From positions 1 to 55,879 of the forward strand of contig JBAYXF010000001.1 of NCBI GenBank assembly GCA_041673665.1: a DNA stretch of 55,879 nt, in the 5' to 3' direction. The notes under the pieces are model-generated. The model made no database searches. It was not told the DNA's origin and saw nothing but the letters and a program-made list of their open reading frames with translations. Positions within the stretch are counted from its first letter, which is position 1. Every line of letters begins with the position of its first letter. The position numbers were made by a program, and so were the translations under genes. The stretch comes from Alphaproteobacteria bacterium (lineage in GTDB: Bacteria > Pseudomonadota > Alphaproteobacteria > Rs-D84). Positions 28,930 through 38,771 of this stretch are shown in pieces.

Positions 28930-30480
28930 TTATCTGACTTCTACTTCATCAACTAATGTTCTGCTGACAGGGTTCATTTCCACTGGTTGAAATTCTGGAT
29001 CTATTACAGGTTCAGAACTGTCTTCGGGAAGTATGGTCACTTCTTCGGTTTGTGGCGTGATTTCTGATTCATCTATACCTTTTTCTCTGTAAGTTTTAGC
29101 ATGGTATTTCCCGCGCATACTTTCTGGTAATTTTAAATAATCCATTGGGTTTACCCCATCAGAAATTTTTATTTCAAAAGGTTTAGAACTGTTTTGTTTG
29201 GTGGCTTGGTACAACGGTTTTATAAAATTAGTCGTTGCCAGTTCTTTTACTTTTGGTGTTCCACTGCCGTCTAATGCCATTATTTGCAATGCTCTTTCTG
29301 ACATTCCATTTGGCTGTAATCTGATCAGTCCGTCCAAACCATGAAATCCAGATGGGTCGGTTAAAAATTCATTTGCATTACGTCCCGAAGATAATGCTTT
29401 TTTAGCAAGCATAGCAGCATCATATCCCATTGTACTGATTCTTTCTGGTTCTTTATCAATAATGGTACGATATGCATCTGCAAATTCTGGTGAAATTGGT
29501 GGCAGTGTGGCAAAATAAGCACCAGACATTGTTATATCACGAAACATTTCTGTGTTATCCCACATTGCGGTTCCATAGAACTTAACCTTTTTTGATGGTA
29601 CATCAAAATAACGCATGAACGAACCCAATGCTTTGGAATCAGTTGCGTTCCCCAAGAATAGAATAGAATCATATGAAACATTACCAATGGTGTCTGATTT
29701 TTTTCTGTCTTCTAGTTGTGTGTTTACAAATTCTTTATCTGACTCTGAAATTGTTTGGTTCATTAATATGTCCGACAAGATTTCTTTGGCCCGGGTATTT
29801 GCATCATTTCTTGCATTAAATATGGCTGCTTTTTCAGCTGTGCTTTTCATATTGTCCATATTTCCGGGGGTATAATAATAAAATCCGGCAACATCCAGTC
29901 CATAAATGTTTGCAGCATCCAGTGCGGTATTACCCATAATATATCCAGCTGTATTATCCGGAACAATGAATACAGCTTGCTTTTTGCCATCGATTGTCAT
30001 TCTGCGGATAATTGTTTCCACACTTTGTGTTGGTATCAAAGACATTGTTAAAATGCCATTCCCAAGAACACTGGCATTAGAGCTGAACGATAAAACAGGG
30101 ATATCAGAGCCTACGTGTTCGTGTAATAAATCAACATCTTCGGAAAAAATGGGACCGATTATCAAGTCGGGTTTATTTGCCAAAGCAGACTCTATTTGTT
30201 GTGTTTTTTCAATCGCAGAACCGGATAAATCTGTAAATCTTACATCGATATTATCTACTCTGCTTTGGATAAATGCCATTTGAACACTGGTTTTAACAGA
30301 TGTCCCCAAATCAGATGCAGGTAATAAAACAGCAATGTTTTTTTGGCCCATTGATTCAAAATTTGGAGTATCCAAATTAGTTGCATCTCTGATTTGAACG
30401 GGTTGTGTCCCAGTACAGGAGGACAAAGCCCCAAGCGCAAAGCACATATACAAAGAGTTTTTTAATTTTTTTATAAACAT
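28930..30480 (-). CDS. Penicillin-binding protein activator LpoA-like lipoprotein (periplasmic-binding-protein type I fold)
   Basis: Lipobox LSSC and an LivJ/Peripla_BP_6-like body. It is divergent from rsmI, the same arrangement as lpoA (yraM)-rsmI (yraL) in E. coli. Confidence 0.6.
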   Translation of the reverse strand: MFIKKLKNSLYMCFALGALSSCTGTQPVQIRDATNLDTPNFESMGQKNIAVLLPASDLGTSVKTSVQMAFIQSRVDNIDVRFTDLSGSAIEKTQQIESALANKPDLIIGPIFSEDVDLLHEHVGSDIPVLSFSSNASVLGNGILTMSLIPTQSVETIIRRMTIDGKKQAVFIVPDNTAGYIMGNTALDAANIYGLDVAGFYYYTPGNMDNMKSTAEKAAIFNARNDANTRAKEILSDILMNQTISESDKEFVNTQLEDRKKSDTIGNVSYDSILFLGNATDSKALGSFMRYFDVPSKKVKFYGTAMWDNTEMFRDITMSGAYFATLPPISPEFADAYRTIIDKEPERISTMGYDAAMLAKKALSSGRNANEFLTDPSGFHGLDGLIRLQPNGMSERALQIMALDGSGTPKVKELATTNFIKPLYQATKQNSSKPFEIKISDGVNPMDYLKLPESMRGKYHAKTYREKGIDESEITPQTEEVTILPEDSSEPVIDPEFQPVEMNPVSRTLVDEVEVR

Positions 30481-30526
30481 TGAAAATCCCTAAATTCAAT
30501 GTAATAATAAAACAAAAGGAGCCAAA

Positions 30527-31369
30527 ATGCAATCAGGTCTTTATATTATTGGCACCCCTGTTGGTAATTTGGGTGATATGTCCACGCGGGCAGTCGAAGT
30601 TTTGCGAGATGTGGATTTAATTGCCGCCGAAGATACCAGGGTATTTGGGAAATTGGCATCTCATTTTGATATTAAAACACATAGAATTGCGTTGCATGAT
30701 CATAATGAACGCGAAATGACCGAAAAAATCACAGATATGATTGCTGGCCGCCGTAGTGTTGATGGTGCCCAAGTTTTAGAGGGGACAATCCCAGGCGCCG
30801 CCATAGCGTTGGTGTCTGATTCAGGAATGCCTACGATCAGTGATCCAGGCTTTCGCATTGTTCGTGAGTGTCGCAGACAGGGCTTGGATGTTTTTGTTGT
30901 TCCAGGACCTACGGCTGTAATCAGTGCGCTGGCACTTTCTGGATTTCCAACGGACAAGTTTACTTTTTGCGGGTTTTTTAAAGATGAGAAACATTTACGC
31001 GAAGATAATAAAATCAGACATACACTTGTTTATTACGAAAGCCCGAACAGGGTGCAAGATACATTGGAAACCATGGCACGAATAATGCCGGAAAGGCGCG
31101 TTGCGGTTGTTCGTGAAATTACAAAAATTCACGAAGAAACTGTTATCGGATATCCAGCGGAATTAAAAAGCCGTGATGATTGGCGCGGCGAAATTGTTAT
31201 TGTTATTGAACCAGCGCCAGATGTAAAAATGAGTGATGATGAAATTTCCAAGATAGTTCGTGATGTTGTATCTGGTCCAACAAAATCAGCCGCGGCAGAA
31301 ATTGCCGCCCGCAGTGGAATATCAAAAAAAGAAGCATATAAAAAGTTACTAGGGGAAAAAGATGAATAA
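30527..31369 (+). CDS. rsmI: 16S rRNA (cytidine1402-2'-O)-methyltransferase
   Basis: LYIIGTPVGNLGDMSTRAVEVL..IAAEDTR, and SDSGMPTISDPG (tetrapyrrole-methylase fold). Confidence 0.93.
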   Translation: MQSGLYIIGTPVGNLGDMSTRAVEVLRDVDLIAAEDTRVFGKLASHFDIKTHRIALHDHNEREMTEKITDMIAGRRSVDGAQVLEGTIPGAAIALVSDSGMPTISDPGFRIVRECRRQGLDVFVVPGPTAVISALALSGFPTDKFTFCGFFKDEKHLREDNKIRHTLVYYESPNRVQDTLETMARIMPERRVAVVREITKIHEETVIGYPAELKSRDDWRGEIVIVIEPAPDVKMSDDEISKIVRDVVSGPTKSAAAEIAARSGISKKEAYKKLLGEKDE

Positions 31370-32084
31370 TATAGAAAATAAAAAAGTTCTTATAACTGGT
31401 GGATCCGAGGGGTTGGATAAAGCGCTTGCAAAAAAAATGCATGATATGGGCGCCTCGGTTACAATTTTATCTCGCAGCGAAGCCAAATTAAAATTGGTTG
31501 CATCAGAAATAGGCTGTAAATATATTATTTGTGATATTACGAATTTAGAAGATTGTAAAAAAGTAAAACAAGAAATTGGCGATATTGATATTTTGATAAA
31601 TAATGCCGGGGTTTGGACAGATGACAATTTAGAAAAAACAAATCCAGAAAAGATAGCCTCGACGCTTCAAGTTAATATAATTGGTGCTATTCAAATGACC
31701 AGTATGTTTTTACCAAGAATGAAAGAATTAAATCATGGAACAATTTTCTTTACTAATTCAATCAGCGGAAGATTTCCCATAGCTGACCCAGAAGCCAGAA
31801 CTTATAGCGCGTCTAAATGGGGGTTGCGTGGTTATGCAGAGGCATTAAAAGAAGATTTAAAAAATACAAAGATAAAGGTAATTCAAATTCATCCATGTGG
31901 ATTTGATACAAATATTTTTGAATCTAGCGGATGGGATAAAAATATTTCGCATAATCAGCCGTGGATGACCAGTACAGAAAATATTGCAAATGCTGCTATG
32001 TTTTCATTGAATCAACCAGATGATATAAATATAAGCTCGATTGTTATAGATAAATCGCCCAGTAATCCAGATATGAATCAATAA
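31362..32084 (+). CDS. Short-chain dehydrogenase/reductase family oxidoreductase
   Basis: TGGSEGLD Rossmann motif, NNAG, and catalytic YSASK. Confidence 0.85.
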   Translation: MNNIENKKVLITGGSEGLDKALAKKMHDMGASVTILSRSEAKLKLVASEIGCKYIICDITNLEDCKKVKQEIGDIDILINNAGVWTDDNLEKTNPEKIASTLQVNIIGAIQMTSMFLPRMKELNHGTIFFTNSISGRFPIADPEARTYSASKWGLRGYAEALKEDLKNTKIKVIQIHPCGFDTNIFESSGWDKNISHNQPWMTSTENIANAAMFSLNQPDDINISSIVIDKSPSNPDMNQ

Positions 32085-32093
32085 GAGTAAAAA

Positions 32094-32657
32094 ATGATAA
32101 AATTTGTAGGAAGTTTTGAAACGGTTAAATCTTTGCCCAGGACTCATTTTCCCGAATACGCTTTTATTGGGCGCAGTAATGTTGGAAAATCGTCCCTGAT
32201 AAATGCAATCGCGGGCAGTGTTATTGCGCGCACATCAAAAACACCGGGACGAACACAATCATTAAACTTGTTTAATTTTGATGACAGGGTTGCGGTTATG
32301 GATTTACCGGGTTATGGCTATGCAAAAATATCCAAAGTTGAAACCGAAAGATGGCTGGCAAGACTGGAAGAATATTTGCTTGATCGCGATCAATTAAAAA
32401 TTCTTTTTATTTTAATTGATGCGCGTCATGAATTAAAAAAGTCAGATTTAGAAATTATGGATTTTTGTGATTTTAATGCAATTCGTTATCAAATTGTTTT
32501 AACCAAAGTTGACAAGTCAAATAAATCAAAAATCGCAGATATAAAATCAGAAATATTATCAAACCCCCATCCGGCTGCGTCTACAGAGGTTTTAGAAACG
32601 TCTGCAGAAAAAGGTTTTGGCATAGAAGGGATCAGGAAAATAATTGGCATTAAATAA
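32094..32657 (+). CDS. engB: Ribosome biogenesis GTP-binding protein YihA/EngB
   Basis: GRSNVGKSSLINA, DLPGYGYA and TKVDK motifs. Confidence 0.9.
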   Translation: MIKFVGSFETVKSLPRTHFPEYAFIGRSNVGKSSLINAIAGSVIARTSKTPGRTQSLNLFNFDDRVAVMDLPGYGYAKISKVETERWLARLEEYLLDRDQLKILFILIDARHELKKSDLEIMDFCDFNAIRYQIVLTKVDKSNKSKIADIKSEILSNPHPAASTEVLETSAEKGFGIEGIRKIIGIK

Positions 32658-35049
32658 GAAAAATATATTTTGTGCGTCTAATCCCACAAAACTGACCGAG
32701 GTATTGTGGTCTTTTTTATCTGATCATGATTTTTCAAACGATGTAATATTTTTACCCAGCAGGCGTGCGATACGCGTTGTTGAGGAGTTTATAACCTTTA
32801 AATCAGGAAATGCTGTTTTATTGCCCAAATTAGTCGCGCTTGGGGAAAGTCCAGAAGACGAAGAAGAAATAATTACCGGGGATGATGTTGTTTCAAATAT
32901 AGAACGTATGCTGGTTCTTTCAAAATTGTTATCTGCTGCCGAAAGCCGGTCTTTTTCATCTGTTTTACCAATCGCGCGCGATTTAATCCGTATGCAAGAT
33001 TATATTGAAAACGAGCAGGACGAAAACAATAAAACCAAAATAGATTGGGAATCATTAGTTGATGAAAAATTCGCAACGCATTTTCAAAAAAAGGCAAAAT
33101 TTTTATCGTTGGCAGACAGTGTTTTACCATCAATTTTTCCAGATAAAATTACAGAGTCTGCAAAACGAAATATGGATATTCGTGATTGGATTGGTCGCGA
33201 ATTTTCGGGACAGGTTATAGTATGTGGCAGTACGGCATCTGTTCCGGCTACATCGGATTTGATGGAGTATATTGCATTGTTGCCAAATGGTAAAATAATT
33301 TTACCTGGAAAGATTACAGGCACGAAAATTAAAGATATAGATATTTGTAATCCATATTATTCAGAATATAAATTTTTACAAAAAATTGGAATTAGCCCAG
33401 ACAAAGTAATTGAAATTAATGTTGGTAAATCAAATATAGATTTTTTTAACTCGGCTTTTGATAATAATCAATCACCCATGGATATTCAATTTATACCCTT
33501 TACCCGTATAGATTGTGCACGCGAATCAGAAGAGGCCATGGCAACCGCGGAAATAGCGTCTCGTGCGATAAATAATAACAAGTCTGTTTTGGTTATTACG
33601 CCCGATGCGGCCGGAAATCAACGTTTAAAAGAAGCGTTTGCGCATCGCGATTTGGTGGCTGATTTTTCGGGTGGAACATCTGGGACAATGACTTTGTTTG
33701 GTCGTAATGTATTAAATAAATTTGATGAATTGGGCGAGTTAAAAATTGAAAACGCATTTAATTTTATCAATGGTTTTAATTTAGATTTTGCCGAAGATGA
33801 TTTGCCAATAATTGAAAAGATAAAAGAAATATCAGACATTTTATGCAAGCATGGAATCATTCTAAGCTTGTCCGATTTACGGGCAATTATTATGGACGTT
33901 TTATCATCAGTGCATATTCGGCCCGTTTTAAATTCTGAATCGAAAATTCGTGTTTTAGGAACCATAGAATCGCGTATGCAAACTGCAGACGTTGTTATTT
34001 TAACCGGATTGAACGAAGGTATGTTCCCAGCCATTGGATATGAAAATCCATGGTTGCCACGCCGCATTGCACAGCAGATTGGTTTGCCGCCACCAGAACG
34101 CAAAGTATCATTGATGGCATTGGATTTTATAAATTTATCAAATGGCTTGGACGTTTATTGGTTGCGTTCAAAGACAGCGGGCGGAACACAAACGACAGAG
34201 TCTAGATTCTTATCAAGAATAGAAGTTGCATTAAGAAATAAAGATTTAGATGCTAAAAAAGCAGATAAAATTCTAAACATAGTTCGTGGTTTTGATATGG
34301 TTGCACCAAATCCGCTTGACTATTCAAGTCCAACACCGCCGGCAGACAGAAGGCCTGTGTATGTAACAAAGCTGGAATTATTAATACATAACCCATATGC
34401 GTTTTATGCGAATCATATTTTGGGTTTGCGACCCAAAGATGATTGGTGGATAACCGCAAGCGCCAAAGATTTTGGAACATTGGTTCACGGTGTAATAGAA
34501 CATGTCGCGAGAAATTCAAATGAAATAAAAAGTCTGGTTCAGTTAATGGATGAAAAAGCCCGGGAAATTTTACCAGATGGCAGTGTGTTGTTTCATTTTT
34601 GGCATAAACGATTTGTTGAAATGGAATCAGAAATCCAAAAAATGTTAAAAGATTCGATTGGTGGGAAATCAGAAATTGAAATGGAAACAAAAATAGTTGG
34701 GCGTACGGTTCGTGCAATTGCTGATCGTGTTTGGGATAGTGTGGTTATGGATATTAAAACAGGCAAAGCTCCAAATAAATCACAGCTAGAGCAGGGGAAT
34801 ATGCCGCAATTACCGTTAGAGGCTTTTATGCGCGGTGCACGTATAATCCAGTTTTTGCAATTGCAAAATAATAACATAAAATTAATTGAATATTCAGGCG
34901 AACAGTTACAAAGAATGGTGGAAGCATCCGTTCAAAAAGCATCAGAATTATTTGGTAGGTACAGCAAGGATTTTGAGCCGTACGAATACTATGAAACCAG
35001 TGATCAAAAATATAAAGCGTATGATGATCTGGCGCGCATCAAAGATTGA
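32644..35049 (+). CDS. addB: AddB-like PD-(D/E)XK nuclease family protein (double-strand break repair)
   Basis: 801 aa with no helicase Walker motifs. The C-terminal nuclease core runs GTLVHGVIEH ... DRVWDSVVMDIKTGK ... QLPLEA. TTG start. No addA follows it. Confidence 0.6.
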   Translation: MALNKKNIFCASNPTKLTEVLWSFLSDHDFSNDVIFLPSRRAIRVVEEFITFKSGNAVLLPKLVALGESPEDEEEIITGDDVVSNIERMLVLSKLLSAAESRSFSSVLPIARDLIRMQDYIENEQDENNKTKIDWESLVDEKFATHFQKKAKFLSLADSVLPSIFPDKITESAKRNMDIRDWIGREFSGQVIVCGSTASVPATSDLMEYIALLPNGKIILPGKITGTKIKDIDICNPYYSEYKFLQKIGISPDKVIEINVGKSNIDFFNSAFDNNQSPMDIQFIPFTRIDCARESEEAMATAEIASRAINNNKSVLVITPDAAGNQRLKEAFAHRDLVADFSGGTSGTMTLFGRNVLNKFDELGELKIENAFNFINGFNLDFAEDDLPIIEKIKEISDILCKHGIILSLSDLRAIIMDVLSSVHIRPVLNSESKIRVLGTIESRMQTADVVILTGLNEGMFPAIGYENPWLPRRIAQQIGLPPPERKVSLMALDFINLSNGLDVYWLRSKTAGGTQTTESRFLSRIEVALRNKDLDAKKADKILNIVRGFDMVAPNPLDYSSPTPPADRRPVYVTKLELLIHNPYAFYANHILGLRPKDDWWITASAKDFGTLVHGVIEHVARNSNEIKSLVQLMDEKAREILPDGSVLFHFWHKRFVEMESEIQKMLKDSIGGKSEIEMETKIVGRTVRAIADRVWDSVVMDIKTGKAPNKSQLEQGNMPQLPLEAFMRGARIIQFLQLQNNNIKLIEYSGEQLQRMVEASVQKASELFGRYSKDFEPYEYYETSDQKYKAYDDLARIKD

Positions 35050-36189
35050 TTATTTTAATCCCAGTTTATGTCTTAATGAATGGCGCATATTACGCGAAGA
35101 GATGAAAGTTAAAATAATATTTCCCAACCATTTTGGTATAACTCGTTTTTTTTCTTTGTAAATTTTTAAAAATTTATCCATTTCTTTTTTATCTGCTTTG
35201 CTATCTGTATTATAAATAAAGCCGTAATCTTTGAAAAATCTTTGCAGGTTTTTATTTATTCCGATTATGCATGCGGGACAAGTATTTTTCTTTTTTGAAT
35301 ATGGATCAATAGAAGTATCAATATAATAAGAATTTATATTTTTTAACTTATCAATCATAATTTGCATTACCAATGGATTGTTATATCTGTGCAGACAAAT
35401 TAAATCAATTCCATCTTTGGCAAACAACGACAGATGCAATCCGGTGCCTTCGACCCCAGCAATTACATCCGCACCTTTCATTAATTGTATTTGTTTTTGA
35501 AGCGGCATAACATCCCAGCCAGTCTTGGTTGGAATTTGTGGATGTATAATCTTAAAACCGGCTTTTTTGAATATTTTTTCTATTTGATCTTCGCCCAAAA
35601 CCATATTGTTTGTAAATTTTGTCCGGGACAGATAAATCTTTTTTGGTGACTTTGGATCTGGCTTTACAGCGTCTGCAATCTTTTTAAATGTTTCACTGAA
35701 TTTTTTATTCGCATATAATTTTGTATAATTAAAAGAAGAATCAGGAACTAAAACATTTTTGAATCTGACGGGAGTATTAACAAATAAAAGTTTTTTAATT
35801 CCCATTAATTTATAAAACTCTTTCCCATTTGGTGCCAGAGGGCCATTGGTGACAATAACAAAAGTATGATTTTTATATTTTTTATCTAATATGGGCCATG
35901 CGCGTGAAAAACTGTTCGCAAGAAAGTGCCCAATAAAATCCTCGCCATACCCTAGTAAAATAATATCTTCATCAACATAAGGTGTGTTTTTATTTATTTT
36001 TTTGCTGTTCTTTACATGCCTAACTTTTTGTGAACAAAGTTTAATGTTTGCATTGTGTAAAGAAATAGTGGCATTTGGGATAACGCTGATTTTCAGTGAT
36101 TCATTTATATCTGGTTTTGCGTTAAAGCATTTAAGAAATTTATCTTTCGTAGCGATAAGATATCTGGTGGGATCTTTTAATGGTTTCAT
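35050..36189 (-). CDS. Glycosyltransferase family 61 (DUF563)-like protein
   Basis: GHFLANSFSRAWP near the N-terminal half and IYLSR...GFKIIHPQ...QIQLMKGADVIAGVEGTGLHLSLF, resembling the GT61 C-terminal pattern. It overlaps the lolD stop by 4 nt. Confidence 0.5.
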   Translation of the reverse strand: MKPLKDPTRYLIATKDKFLKCFNAKPDINESLKISVIPNATISLHNANIKLCSQKVRHVKNSKKINKNTPYVDEDIILLGYGEDFIGHFLANSFSRAWPILDKKYKNHTFVIVTNGPLAPNGKEFYKLMGIKKLLFVNTPVRFKNVLVPDSSFNYTKLYANKKFSETFKKIADAVKPDPKSPKKIYLSRTKFTNNMVLGEDQIEKIFKKAGFKIIHPQIPTKTGWDVMPLQKQIQLMKGADVIAGVEGTGLHLSLFAKDGIDLICLHRYNNPLVMQIMIDKLKNINSYYIDTSIDPYSKKKNTCPACIIGINKNLQRFFKDYGFIYNTDSKADKKEMDKFLKIYKEKKRVIPKWLGNIILTFISSRNMRHSLRHKLGLK

Positions 36190-36908
36190 CCGACAATTCC
36201 ATCTTTGATAGTAATAATTCTGTCAGCGCGTTTTGCCAGGCTCATATCGTGTGTTACGAATAACATAGACATATGTGTTTTTTTCGTCAGTGATAATAAT
36301 AAATCAAAAACATTTGAAGCATGCGCGGGATCCAGCGATCCTGTTGGTTCATCTGCCAGAACGATTTCTGGTTCGTTTGCTAATGCGCGTGCAACCGCGG
36401 TGCGTTGTTGTTCCCCACCGGACATTTCAGATGGTCTGTGATCACTACGGTGTAAAACATTTGCAGCTTTTAATAATTTTTTTGCACGGATGCGCGCGGC
36501 ATCTTCGTCCATATCATTTGCCAGCATGGGCAACATTACGTTTTCAAGCGCAGTAAACTCTTCCAGCAAATTATGACGTTGATAAACAAACCCCAGTTTT
36601 TTACGACGAATTGTTGTTCGCTGATCTTCGTTCATTTTATTAACTGGTGTACCCGCAATTGTAATTTGTCCCCCGCTGGGCTTTTCAAGTAATCCAACGC
36701 ATTGTAATAAAGTAGATTTACCGCAACCCGATGGTCCAACCAGTGCAACAATTTCCCCGCGCATTAATTCAAATCCGCCACCACGTAAAATGTTTAATGG
36801 TTGGCCAGCCTCTATAAAAGATTTTTTAATACCAACAACCGACATTATACATGCGCGCTTTTTTACAGATGATATAGATTTTAATATTGATGCTGCCATT
36901 TTATTCAT
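36186..36908 (-). CDS. lolD: Lipoprotein-releasing ABC transporter ATP-binding protein
   Basis: Walker A GPSGCGKSTLL, signature MSGGEQQR, and Walker B IVLADEPTGSLD. It is adjacent to a LolC/E permease. The start is ambiguous (36908, 36899 or 36845). Confidence 0.85.
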   Translation of the reverse strand: MNKMAASILKSISSVKKRACIMSVVGIKKSFIEAGQPLNILRGGGFELMRGEIVALVGPSGCGKSTLLQCVGLLEKPSGGQITIAGTPVNKMNEDQRTTIRRKKLGFVYQRHNLLEEFTALENVMLPMLANDMDEDAARIRAKKLLKAANVLHRSDHRPSEMSGGEQQRTAVARALANEPEIVLADEPTGSLDPAHASNVFDLLLSLTKKTHMSMLFVTHDMSLAKRADRIITIKDGIVG

Positions 36909-38154
36909 TCCTTAAAACTTCTACCGGATCGGTTTTAGCGGCTTTCCACGCAGGGTAAAGGGTCGCTAAAAATGCCAGTGCAATTGCAACAAATGCAATT
37001 CCAAACACATTCCAAAATTCTAGTCTGGATGGTAATTCAGATAAAAAATATAATTCTGCTGGGAATAAATCACGTCCAGTCATCCATTGTATAAACTGGC
37101 GTATTGGTTCAATGTATTTTGCGACCAGAACGCCCAATACAGTTCCCGTTGTAGCGCCCAGCATTCCAATACTGCTGCCGCATAAAATAAATATTTTCAT
37201 CATGCTGTGGCGTGAAACACCAAATGTACGCAGAACCGCAATATCGCGCGATTTGTCTTTGACCAACATAACCAGGCTGGATACGATATTAAATGCAGCA
37301 ACGATTACGATAAGCAGTAAAATTAAAAACATTACGTTTGATTCAACCTGCAACGCACCAACAAAGCCACGATTTAAATCACGCCAATCACGAACCACAA
37401 ATCCGGTTGGCAGACTGGCGGACAAAGCGTCGCGAACATCCGTTGTTTTTTCAGGATTTTTTAAAAATAAATCGATATGTGAAACGCCATCAGGAGAGTT
37501 CAAGAATTTTTGTGCAGTTTCTAATGGCATAAAGATATATCCAGAATCATATTCATACATACCCGCAAAGAATGTTGTAGCAACCGGATAAGACTGTATC
37601 CGTGGGATTGTTCCAAATGCAGTCGCAGTGCCGCCATTTGCGCTGATAAGTGTAGCATTATCATTTCTGGTGAGATTCAAGTTTCTGGCAAGCGATGCAC
37701 CCATTGCCAATTGTCCGTTATTGATCTTTGCCAGTGGTGTTCCATAAATTTTTGTGCCGGCTTGGAATTTTCTTTCCAAATCAGACATCCTGATTCCGCG
37801 AACCATTGCGCCAGAATTCTTCCCGTCCGCAGACACCATTACTTGCCCTTCTAGAACCGGAATAATATCAGTGGTATTAGCAGCGACAATTTTATTGTCT
37901 TTCATCTTTCCAATCAGATAATCAAAGTCCTGAATTGCGCCGTCTTGGTGATAAACAACAACGTGTCCGTTCATACCAACAATACGCGAAAGCAGGGTGT
38001 CGTGAAAACCGCTCATTACGGACATAACGACGATAAGTGTTGCAACGCCCAGTGCAATTCCCAGCAAAGATACCCAAGAAACCACGCTGCCGAAACCACG
38101 CCCTTTGGCCCTTAAATATCTGAATGCAATTTTCTTTTCAAGACGACTAAACAT
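36901..38154 (-). CDS. lolE: Lipoprotein-releasing system permease LolC/LolE
   Basis: 417 aa with MacB-like periplasmic domain plus FtsX topology. N-terminus FRYLRAKGRGF is typical of LolC/E. Confidence 0.85.
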   Translation of the reverse strand: MFSRLEKKIAFRYLRAKGRGFGSVVSWVSLLGIALGVATLIVVMSVMSGFHDTLLSRIVGMNGHVVVYHQDGAIQDFDYLIGKMKDNKIVAANTTDIIPVLEGQVMVSADGKNSGAMVRGIRMSDLERKFQAGTKIYGTPLAKINNGQLAMGASLARNLNLTRNDNATLISANGGTATAFGTIPRIQSYPVATTFFAGMYEYDSGYIFMPLETAQKFLNSPDGVSHIDLFLKNPEKTTDVRDALSASLPTGFVVRDWRDLNRGFVGALQVESNVMFLILLLIVIVAAFNIVSSLVMLVKDKSRDIAVLRTFGVSRHSMMKIFILCGSSIGMLGATTGTVLGVLVAKYIEPIRQFIQWMTGRDLFPAELYFLSELPSRLEFWNVFGIAFVAIALAFLATLYPAWKAAKTDPVEVLRNE

Positions 38155-38156
38155 TT

Positions 38157-38771
38157 TTATTCCTTAAAATCATCAGGGTTTATATTTAATTCTGTTTTTA
38201 TTCTGTGCTCTAACCTTTTTTGAATTTCATCAAAAACTTGCAATAAAGCCGGTTCTGAAGCAAACATATCACGATAAGACTTGCTGAAATACCATTTCCA
38301 ATAAACCCCATTATCATAAGAACCAATATGATCCAACGTCTTTGAAAATAATGTTTGGAAACATACATCTAATCTATCAAGCATTTTTACAAATTTTGAT
38401 TCTGGTGTTTTTTGTTCCTCGTATTCTTGCCATAAAGTTTCAAACTCTGAATTATTCAGCAATTTTGTAAATTCATTCATTATTTCAGTTTCGTCTTTTT
38501 CTTTTTTTTCACGTGCCGCATCATCATTTAATGTTTTATGCGCTGGAATATCATGAGATTTACTTTCTGGCAAGTCGTGCGCAGCACAAAGTTTTAAAAC
38601 GCGTTCCATATTAAGTGTTACGGATGCTTTTGGAACAAATGTTATCGCCATCAATGACAGCATAAAACAATGTGCAGCCACAGATTGTTGTTCCCCATCG
38701 GACATTCTGGTTGTGCGTTTTTCATAATGTAAATGTTCCGCTGTTTTAAAAAATTCAATAATATTATTCAT
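38157..38771 (-). CDS. HD-domain phosphohydrolase (YfbR-like 5'-nucleotidase family)
   Basis: QSVAAHCF...AAHDLPESKSHDIP matches the H...HD...D pattern of HD_3 proteins. The start is taken at the ATG at 38771, overlapping the upstream stop by 8 nt. Confidence 0.6.
   Translation of the reverse strand: MNNIIEFFKTAEHLHYEKRTTRMSDGEQQSVAAHCFMLSLMAITFVPKASVTLNMERVLKLCAAHDLPESKSHDIPAHKTLNDDAAREKKEKDETEIMNEFTKLLNNSEFETLWQEYEEQKTPESKFVKMLDRLDVCFQTLFSKTLDHIGSYDNGVYWKWYFSKSYRDMFASEPALLQVFDEIQKRLEHRIKTELNINPDDFKE

Noticed and set aside
33618-34717. 161-aa and 154-aa minus-strand ORFs inside the addB-like gene
   Set aside because: They are antisense to an 801-aa ORF with a PD-(D/E)XK core and are shadow ORFs.
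37112-37591. 159-aa plus-strand ORF inside lolE
   Set aside because: It is antisense to a clear LolC/E permease.
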